This document shows positions 58,609-64,000 of a stretch of DNA of 64,000 nucleotides, one piece after another (position 1 is the stretch's first letter; every line of letters starts with the position of its first letter). The position numbers and the translations under genes are program-made. This stretch comes from a virus: the IMG/VR virus record IMGVR_UViG_3300045988_019905, one strand, 5' to 3'. Under the pieces are notes generated by a model that did no database searches, was not told the DNA's origin, and was given only the letters and a program-made list of their open reading frames with translations.

Positions 58609-59211
58609 TTATTCTTCTATCATTGAACTCATGACAGCATTACCGCCACGAGCTACGGCTTGTTCTTCTTCATAAAGTAAGTTCTCTTTAGCAGCATTAA
58701 GTGCTTTCATAAGTGCTGGAATTTCAGCAGTCTTTTTATTAAGATTATCCATAATACCAATAACAGTATTAGCTTCTTCAATACTCATTTCGTTATTGAG
58801 TTTATCAGTAAGTATTTCATTCATCTTATTAGCAGCCAACGCAACATTATGGATACTTCTAAGAAGAGTTTCAACAGCAGTTCCAGCGACAGTTATCTCC
58901 GCATTATAATAACGTTTGGCAAGTTTCCAAACAAGTAAATCCGGTTGATAAGTCTTAGGTAAATCAAAGTTTTCAATAGCTTTTTTAATAGCTTCATTAT
59001 CACTAAGTCCTTCTTGTTTACAAGGACCTTTAGGGTCTGCAAGATAATAGATAACACCAACTTCTTTAATATATTGACTTTTATCTTTAGTCTTATCTCT
59101 AAGCCAAAGTAACTGAACGTCTTTATCAAGAAGTTGTTTAATGTCCGGTGCTTGTGGCATACCGGTCTCGTCTATTGTCAGCAGTTTATCTACTCGTAGT
59201 TTATTAGCCAT
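58609..59211 (-). CDS. Hypothetical protein (200 aa)
   Basis: Seen: ATG at 59211, overlapping the upstream gene by 8 nt. No motif recognised. Confidence 0.6.
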   Translation of the reverse strand: MANKLRVDKLLTIDETGMPQAPDIKQLLDKDVQLLWLRDKTKDKSQYIKEVGVIYYLADPKGPCKQEGLSDNEAIKKAIENFDLPKTYQPDLLVWKLAKRYYNAEITVAGTAVETLLRSIHNVALAANKMNEILTDKLNNEMSIEEANTVIGIMDNLNKKTAEIPALMKALNAAKENLLYEEEQAVARGGNAVMSSMIEE

Positions 59212-59752
59212 GATAATTATTAGATTCTTGATAGGCGATTTCTACATCCCAATCAAATTCAACAACAGTCCAATTTCTATAACAAAGAAGATATAAATTA
59301 GCATAAGCGTCACCAAACTGTTTTCTCTTATCCATCCATAGTTTAAGATACTTCTTTTTGAACACGTTCATCTTCCGTTTATGTATCTCCATGTTCTGTA
59401 TCTTCATCTTCTCCTTCTTCATCACACTCTTACAGTAGGCTACATATTCTTCTCGTGAAAGTTCAGAACGTTTCTCTTTAAATTCCTTATAATGACTTAT
59501 CATAGCCATCTTAATAGGACTACGACGAATATTTCCAATATAAGGTAATTGAACACATTGTCCTGCAAGGAGTTGAGCAGCAGCTTCTTTCTCTAATGAA
59601 TCAACAATACTTCTACATAGAACTCTATCGTCTTCTGTAACAAAATCAATATCATCAAGAATATTATCAATATCTTTATATATCAGTAGATAGTCATCAT
59701 CAAGTTCATGGTCTATAACTCTGTTTCTAACAATTTTTTTCTTAAAGTCCAT
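59204..59752 (-). CDS. Hypothetical protein (182 aa)
   Basis: Seen: ATG at 59752. No motif recognised. Confidence 0.6.
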   Translation of the reverse strand: MDFKKKIVRNRVIDHELDDDYLLIYKDIDNILDDIDFVTEDDRVLCRSIVDSLEKEAAAQLLAGQCVQLPYIGNIRRSPIKMAMISHYKEFKEKRSELSREEYVAYCKSVMKKEKMKIQNMEIHKRKMNVFKKKYLKLWMDKRKQFGDAYANLYLLCYRNWTVVEFDWDVEIAYQESNNYHG

Positions 59753-59819
59753 ATCAATAGTTTTAAGTGTGGAAGCAACAGCAGATTATGCAACTTTCAC
59801 AAGCTGATTTATTCCACCG

Positions 59820-59837
59820 CCCGTAGAGGATGTGAAG
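59820..59837 (+). repeat. Copy of the GC-rich dispersed motif (intergenic)
   Basis: Seen: the plus strand reads CCCGTAGAGGATGTGAAG, in the 139-nt gap between 59752 and 59892. It is bracketed by the 8-bp inverted repeat GAAGCAAC (59772-59779) and GTTGCTTC (59857-59864). Confidence 0.8.
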
Positions 59838-59891
59838 AATAACAACATAACCAACCGTTGCTTCATAATATAAACTAATAGCAGATACGTC

Positions 59892-60488
59892 TTAATTCAA
59901 AAGTGGAGATTCTTCTCTTTCGGCAGTAGCAGGTTCTTTAGGAACTTTGAAAGGACATTCAGGAGTAACATCCTTTTTATAACCACCTATAATATCATTG
60001 ACAGGAATCATACGGAAATCAATGAAGTAACAATCCGGAGCAAGTTCTCTCGCTGCCATATCAGATGTACTACCATCATTAAAGTAGCTTCCAGTAACAA
60101 TAGCTCTTACAAGAGCATCATCAGAATTACAATAACGACCAACAGCAGTCGGGTCAAGAATGTTTTGTGGGATTGTAATAAGGTTAGCTCTTTCAAGAGA
60201 ACTTGTAGGAATAATCAGTTTATCCATAAGTTCACAACCGTTAGCGTTAGTTTCTCCTTCATGAAGTTTAGCAAGAACAGGAACACATTTAACCATAGTA
60301 GTCTTGTTATTCTTAACATTACTTACTACGCTATAAAGACGTTCTTTATAGATAAGAGCTACAACAGCATAATACTGTGGAACTACAACACCAGCAAGAA
60401 GAGCGTCTATGTCTTCTTTGGTAATTTCTTCAATGTCTGTTGGCACGAGGATGTCATAGGACATCTTGTCAGATTCAATTCTAATCAT
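59892..60488 (-). CDS. Hypothetical protein (198 aa)
   Basis: Seen: ATG at 60488. It is the first substantial gene of the leftward module. No motif recognised. Confidence 0.6.
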   Translation of the reverse strand: MIRIESDKMSYDILVPTDIEEITKEDIDALLAGVVVPQYYAVVALIYKERLYSVVSNVKNNKTTMVKCVPVLAKLHEGETNANGCELMDKLIIPTSSLERANLITIPQNILDPTAVGRYCNSDDALVRAIVTGSYFNDGSTSDMAARELAPDCYFIDFRMIPVNDIIGGYKKDVTPECPFKVPKEPATAEREESPLLN

Positions 60489-60495
60489 CTTTTAG

Positions 60496-60639
60496 TTATT
60501 TATTTGGTTTAACAATAGCTTCAAGTCCAAGAGTTCCAATCTTGAGTTTACTTGGCTTAACTTCTCTTTTCTTATCTCCACGACAACCAGCTTTATAAAC
60601 GGCAGGTTCAGGAGTAGGTTTGTCAGTATCATTTCTCAT
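60496..60639 (-). CDS. Possible small ORF (47 aa)
   Basis: Seen: ATG at 60639, encoding MRNDTDKPTPEPAVYKAGCRGDKKREVKPSKLKIGTLGLEAIVKPNK, with stop at 60496, 8 nt before the next ATG. It is below the track cut-off. It contains the left arm of the 17-bp inverted repeat, so it may be non-coding. Confidence 0.3.
   Translation of the reverse strand: MRNDTDKPTPEPAVYKAGCRGDKKREVKPSKLKIGTLGLEAIVKPNK
60573..60589 (-). repeat. Left arm of a 17-bp perfect inverted repeat (TGGTTGTCGTGGAGATA on the minus strand)
   Basis: Seen: the plus strand reads TATCTCCACGACAACCA, the exact reverse complement of 60893-60909. Confidence 0.85.
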
Positions 60640-60737
60640 AACAAAATCATTTTGAGCAACAGTATTAAAACTTTTTTATATATCCAAATGTTATGTGGTA
60701 ATTAACATTAATTTAACATATCCCCTATATAATAAGG

Positions 60738-60806
60738 TACATATACGCACACGCGAATAATAGGTAATATACGTGCGTATATAATAATGTACGTGCAGGT
60801 ATTAAT
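60738..60806. repeat. Three spaced ATATACGYRC-type repeats
   Basis: Seen: ACATATACGCAC, AATATACGTGCG (the centre of the near-palindrome TATACGTGCGTATA) and AATGTACGTGCA occur at intervals of about 20-26 bp, immediately left of the A/T-only tract. Confidence 0.6.
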
Positions 60807-60811
60807 AGAGG

Positions 60812-60880
60812 TATTATATTAAATATTAATATAAATAATAATATTAATAATTATATTATTTATAATATAATTATAATATA
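60812..60880. other. 69-nt tract with no G or C (candidate DNA-unwinding element)
   Basis: Seen: positions 60812-60880 contain only A and T. The tract lies at the switch between the leftward and rightward coding blocks and is flanked by repeats. Confidence 0.6.
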
Positions 60881-60892
60881 GATATATAGGCA

Positions 60893-61346
60893 TGGTTGTC
60901 GTGGAGATATACATGGGGATATAAGAGCAGGTTGTGGTGGTGATATACCTACACATCCTCTACGGGGGAAAAGCCCAACTGAATGGGCAAATATTGCAGC
61001 ATTTGGTATTGAGAATTATAAACCCACTTGTCGTGGTGATTATAGACCAGATTGTCCTATTGATGATAATGTGGATTATACTGGCAATATAAGACCGGTT
61101 GTGGCTGGACATGGTGAATATGGAGCTGATGCTAATCTTCATGGAAATAGTGCTGACGCTGGAAGTAGAGATTGACTTGATAATCTACTTAGGAGACATT
61201 GTGGAGATTATTAACGTGAAAATCAGCTTAGGAGTAGATGCTGATTTTGATGGGGATTTGAATATGAGGATTTCAAAGAATGTTGGTTTAGAAGTTTATG
61301 GAACTTTTTTTATCTGATTGATGAACATAGAGATTTTGGAGATATA
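60893..61346 (+). repeat. Array of degenerate direct repeats (iteron-like, core GGTTGTSGTGGWGATWATA / GTGGAGATATA)
   Basis: Seen: copies occur at 60893-60911 (right arm of the 17-bp inverted repeat), 60915-60923, 60930-60947, 61027-61044, 61050-61068, 61071-80, 61097-61121, 61197-61213 and 61336-61346. All are in the same orientation. Related sequences are GGTTATCGGAGATTA at 63702-63716 and GGTTGTGTC at 63728-63736. Confidence 0.6.
60948..60968 (-). repeat. Copy of the GC-rich dispersed motif (non-coding, inside the iteron-like array)
   Basis: Seen: the minus strand reads CCCCCGTAGAGGATGTGTAGG. Confidence 0.8.
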
Positions 61347-61493
61347 GGTGCGAATGGGCATATAGGTATATATGGTATTTAGAATCTATATATGTGTGGG
61401 GGAGCCTACTATAAAGAACCCCCCGGTCTTCTTTCTCGAATCGAATCCCCCCCCGTCATGCTTTTCCAAAAACGAATCGTTGAGCAAATGTCA

Positions 61494-61517
61494 AAACTCA
61501 TTCACAAACAAAACAAA
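61494..61517 (+). promoter_or_regulatory. Candidate early promoter motif, copy A
   Basis: Seen: aaACTCATTCACaaACAAAACAAA, with the ACTCATTCAC core starting 116 nt upstream of the ATG at 61612. Confidence 0.5.
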
Positions 61518-61611
61518 TTCTGGCTTGTCACATTGACGAAGCTGGTCATGTTGTACTACGCAGACATGGTCATTATTAATTAAGTCGTAGCAGTTATAGG
61601 AGGACTGTATT

Positions 61612-62121
61612 ATGAAAACAACAATTAAGTCAATCAGAATGGAGAAGTTTGAAGGACAGTTTACTGGCAAAGTTATCGTCACTATCGCTGATGATATTCT
61701 TGGCTTTGTTCGTAATGTTGATGCTGATGGTGTTATTACCTTTGAGCAACAGAACGTGAAGCAGATGAGGATGCAGCTGACTGCATTGTCTGCACAAGTT
61801 CGTCAAGCTGTTGGTGACAAGTTTACTACTGCCTTTGGTTATCGTCTTGATTCTGCCAAAGCTGGTGGTGTTGAAGAACTTGTCAATGTTCTCAATGTCA
61901 TACTGACTGATGCTACTATTGAAGTTGAGGCTGCTGTTCAGAAAGCTGATGAAGCTGATGCTGACAGTCATGATGCCATATTCTACAAGATTAGCGAGGT
62001 CAAGTTGGACGAGATGATGTCATATTTAGTGGCTCAACACTTCGTTGAGAACTTCATGAAAGTGACTGACATGACAAGACAACAAGTGTTCATCACAAAG
62101 TTATTTGGTGTCAAATTGTAG
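61612..62121 (+). CDS. Hypothetical early protein (169 aa)
   Basis: Seen: ATG at 61612, preceded by AGGAGG (61598-61603) at an 8-nt spacing. The coding composition is clean. No motif recognised. Confidence 0.7.
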   Translation: MKTTIKSIRMEKFEGQFTGKVIVTIADDILGFVRNVDADGVITFEQQNVKQMRMQLTALSAQVRQAVGDKFTTAFGYRLDSAKAGGVEELVNVLNVILTDATIEVEAAVQKADEADADSHDAIFYKISEVKLDEMMSYLVAQHFVENFMKVTDMTRQQVFITKLFGVKL

Positions 62122-62169
62122 TATTAATTGGGAGTGGTGGTGACACTGCTCCCACAAATCATTATCATT

Positions 62170-62397
62170 ATGAAATTACACTTATTGAAATTAGTGTTGA
62201 AGATGTTATTCTTCTTGGTGATGTTTATCTTGTTTGTCTTTGTCTGCTTGGTTATGGCACAACGAGAGAACTATGAAGCGTCATTCTTGTCCATGTTGTT
62301 GTTCGTATTGTCGGCTATGATGTTCAGTCATTACAAAGAACAATGGATTAATATTAGACTTGTTGAAGACGAACAAGAAGATGCTGTTACTGAATAG
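62170..62397 (+). CDS. Small membrane protein (75 aa, two hydrophobic segments)
   Basis: Seen: the track ORF begins at a TTG (62128). The first ATG at 62170 gives MKLHLLKLVLKMLFFLVMFILFVFVCLVMAQ...SFLSMLLFVLSAMMF...EDEQEDAVTE. Confidence 0.5.
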   Translation: MKLHLLKLVLKMLFFLVMFILFVFVCLVMAQRENYEASFLSMLLFVLSAMMFSHYKEQWINIRLVEDEQEDAVTE

Positions 62398-62438
62398 CAT
62401 TGTAGTGGAGACTGGGAAACTGGTCTTCACTTCAAACG

Positions 62439-62468
62439 TTATCCAAACTCATTCACGTACAAAATAAA
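62439..62468 (+). promoter_or_regulatory. Candidate early promoter motif, copy B (no ORF follows)
   Basis: Seen: TTATCCaaACTCATTCACgtACAAAATAAA, followed by GTTCTGATAA twice (62479 and 62491). The next ATG-initiated gene belongs to copy C. Confidence 0.45.
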
Positions 62469-62579
62469 ACCCGAAGTAGTTCTGATAATCGTTCTGATAA
62501 GACTACTGATAAACCTGCTAATGCCAATCCATATGCCAATGTGATACATTGTGACAGGTTCGACTCATTATGCTAATCC

Positions 62580-62611
62580 TTATCCTAACACTCATTCACT
62601 TACAAAATAAG
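62580..62611 (+). promoter_or_regulatory. Candidate early promoter motif, copy C
   Basis: Seen: TTATCCtaacACTCATTCACttACAAAATAAg, followed by TCTCGG and GTTCTGATAAGACTA. The ACTCATTCAC core starts 98 nt upstream of the ATG at 62688. Confidence 0.5.
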
Positions 62612-62687
62612 TCTCGGAGTGGTTCTGATAAGACTATTCTTAATCATGATAATACTAATATTAATAATAAAACTAAAGTTGAAAGTT

Positions 62688-63269
62688 ATGGAAAAGAAAC
62701 TATTTGCTATTGAATGTGAGAATGTTGCTCTTGTTGTACGTCCTAACGGTGACACTGTTATAGTGACAGAAGCTACTGAACTTGTTCTTAACAATGCTGT
62801 TATGGAGCAACTTGTCAGAAATAGTGGTGCTTATAAGTCATTTGTTGCTACTAAAGATGAGGTTGTTGCTAATCTTGAACGTGATAATGTTAAGCTTCAG
62901 AATGAGATTGTAGGTCTCAAAGAAGAGCTTGAACATACTAAAGCTGATAAAGATAAGCTGCAAAAAGAGCTTGATGATATAGCTGATAGTGCAATACAAC
63001 CTCTTGCTAAAGGATATGCTGTTAACATAGGTAATCTTTCTCAAGGAACTTTAGGTTATATTTTCGATATTGATGGTAATTTTATTGCAGATTGTGGGAC
63101 AAATAAACGTGCTAAAAGAGTACAATATCTGTTACAAGAGGGCAAAGTAAGTCTGGATGTAGTCATTGAGATATTTGGTAATACTGGTAAGAAGAGTAGA
63201 ATTGCCAGTAAAGCAGAACTTGATGACTTTAATTGGGATGATGTTCCTGTTGATGGTGGTGAAAAGTGA
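62688..63269 (+). CDS. Hypothetical early protein (193 aa) with a central coiled-coil segment
   Basis: Seen: the track ORF starts at a GTG (62619) inside the promoter-like motif. The first ATG at 62688 gives MEKKLFAIECENVALVV... A heptad-like region follows (…VKLQNEIVGLKEELEHTKADKDKLQKELDD…). The ORF ends with a double stop, TGATGA. Confidence 0.7.
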   Translation: MEKKLFAIECENVALVVRPNGDTVIVTEATELVLNNAVMEQLVRNSGAYKSFVATKDEVVANLERDNVKLQNEIVGLKEELEHTKADKDKLQKELDDIADSAIQPLAKGYAVNIGNLSQGTLGYIFDIDGNFIADCGTNKRAKRVQYLLQEGKVSLDVVIEIFGNTGKKSRIASKAELDDFNWDDVPVDGGEK

Positions 63270-63546
63270 TGAGGATGTGGATGGTTATGGAGATGGTGAT
63301 AGGGGAGATTCGCCGAGTAGTTATGCTCGTCTCCCTCTTCCTCTCCAACTTCATTCTCCTTATTATTTTATTCTTACTGCTTCTTATTCTCCAAATACTG
63401 ATTCTAATGCCTAATCTTATCATGTTCATAATGCTTTTTATAATGCTTATGATAATCATCTTGGTGATAATGCTCTTCATCATGCCCATGATAATGCTGA
63501 TAAGCATGGACTTCATCATGCCCAAGCTGTGACTGCATTATCTCCA

Positions 63547-63633
63547 TTATAACCAAAAGTTATAACTCCAACGGTTCATTATAACCAAAAGTTATTATAA
63601 CTATAAGTTATAGCCCATAACCAAAAGTTATAA
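63547..63633. promoter_or_regulatory. Cluster of four TTATAAC-N5-GTTATAA palindromes (operator-like sites)
   Basis: Seen: TTATAACcaaaaGTTATAA at 63547-63565, TTATAACcaaaaGTTAT at 63579-63595, TTATAACtataaGTTATA at 63595-63612 and ATAACcaaaaGTTATAA at 63617-63633. Additional TTATAAC or GATAAC half-sites lie at about 63644, 63670 and 63902-63921. Confidence 0.6.
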
Positions 63634-63852
63634 TGGCTTCTATGATAACATCTATATAATCATTAATACTTATAACTGTATGCCAAATCCTAATAGAAAC
63701 AGGTTATCGGAGATTACTCTGATAGCTGGTTGTGTCTGTATGATAATCTTCATAATAACCTTGTGTTGGATTATGTTCTTTAAGTGATATAATGTCAGAT
63801 TATTATATCATTTGCTGGATATTATAGTGAGAGATAATCTAAATCTTTCACT

Positions 63853-63883
63853 TTATCCACAACTCATTCACTAACAAAATAAA
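63853..63883 (+). promoter_or_regulatory. Candidate early promoter motif, copy D
   Basis: Seen: TTATCCacaACTCATTCACtaACAAAATAAA, followed by TCTCGG. The ACTCATTCAC core starts 109 nt upstream of the ATG at 63971. Confidence 0.5.
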
Positions 63884-63970
63884 TCTCGGCGAGTTAATGG
63901 TGATAACTATATAAATGTTATTGCTGTTGGCGGACCAATTCTATTACTAACTAAATAAATTAATATTGCT

Positions 63971-64000
63971 ATGGCAGAATTGAAAGATGGTAAAGCAGCC
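63971..64000 (+). CDS. Start of a plus-strand gene running off the window (MAELKDGKAA...)
   Basis: Seen: the ATG at 63971 follows promoter-like copy D at the same spacing as the other early genes. Only 10 codons are visible. Confidence 0.4.
   Translation, partial: MAELKDGKAA

Noticed and set aside
168-59000. Many plus-strand ORFs of 60-300 aa lie opposite the late genes, for example 19153-19962, 48135-49040, 55187-56083, 5874-6386 and 7290-7880.
   Set aside because: They are antisense shadow ORFs of the long minus-strand genes. They have low-complexity I/F/S/N/K-rich translations, frequent non-ATG starts and no independent signals, and every one is fully overlapped by a far longer and better ORF.
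780-60968. The GC-rich motif as a site for a genome-wide invertase or shufflon system.
   Set aside because: With at least 15 sites in both orientations spread over essential genes, recombination among them would scramble the genome. Local pairs (17258/17908 and 24253/24486) are kept as separate low-to-medium interest findings.
60888-61317. A codon-like open frame (…HGCRGDIHGDIRAGCGGDIPTHPLRGKSPTEW…GSRD) and the track ORFs 60960-61142 (-) and 61099-61317 (+). This could be a decayed repeat-protein gene.
   Set aside because: The long frame has no ATG, GTG or TTG start after the upstream stop. The apparent coding signal breaks across three frames and is generated by the repeated GGTTGTSGTGGAGATA units, so I treat it as DNA-level repeats. 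A pseudogene cannot be fully excluded.
61392-61583. A 63-aa plus-strand ORF upstream of the first early gene.
   Set aside because: It spans the G/C homopolymer runs and promoter-like copy A, has an implausible composition, and ends just before a gene with a strong RBS.
63166-63532. Three overlapping ORFs, plus the idea that the 193-aa gene is extended by a +1 frameshift into the acidic frame (…SDEDVDGYGDGDRGD…) or by read-through into a His-rich frame.
   Set aside because: The gene ends with a double stop, TGATGA. There is no recognisable slippery site for a +1 shift at GAA AAG TGA. The His-rich frame is preceded by an in-frame TAA and has no start. The ORFs are explained by the polypyrimidine tract and the ATAATGCT repeats.
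1-64000. I searched by eye for tRNA or rRNA genes, CRISPR arrays, transposases or IS ends, integrase, a diversity-generating retroelement (RT plus TR/VR) and inteins.
   Set aside because: I saw no T-loop or cloverleaf candidates, no regularly spaced identical repeats with unique spacers, and no RT, integrase or transposase-like ORF. I cannot detect TR/VR pairs with adenine-specific mismatches without a computed self-alignment.

Overview
This window is an AT-rich segment of a crAss-like (Crassvirales-type) phage genome, probably infecting a Bacteroidota host. About 60 kb (1-60639) is one densely packed minus-strand late or structural module. In transcription order it contains:

- small unknown genes
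- a PD-(D/E)XK nuclease
- a lysis cassette, with a GH108 endolysin and spanin-like membrane proteins
- the large terminase, the portal, a scaffold-like protein and the major capsid protein
- head and tail accessory proteins
- an expanded tail-fibre arsenal, including two tandem GH16-type glycanase fibres, a beta-helix fibre and fibres sharing an N-terminal adaptor
- a run of giant virion (cargo or ejection) proteins
- the crAss-type virion RNA polymerase, which ends the run. The ORF track misses this gene (ATG at 7808) because it runs off the left edge of the window.

The coding strand switches at about 60.6-61.6 kb. That region is repeat-rich, contains a pure A/T tract, and looks like an origin or regulatory hub. 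It is followed by a few small plus-strand, presumably early, genes.

The observations that the gene map does not explain are:

1. A roughly 20-nt GC-rich motif (consensus about CCCCCGTAGRGGATGTGRAG) occurs at least 15 times, on both strands. It lies in intergenic DNA and in frame within at least 9 genes, in four reading contexts, so it is conserved at DNA level rather than protein level.
2. A 24-nt motif, ACTCATTCAC-NN-ACAAAAYAA, precedes the plus-strand genes and is a candidate early promoter.
3. A 17-bp perfect inverted repeat flanks a 69-nt A/T-only tract and sits next to an iteron-like array.
4. A cluster of TTATAAC-N5-GTTATAA palindromes lies in a 700-nt non-coding stretch.

I found no tRNA, rRNA, CRISPR array, transposase or reverse transcriptase. 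All functional calls rest on motifs read by eye and on gene order. No database search was possible.
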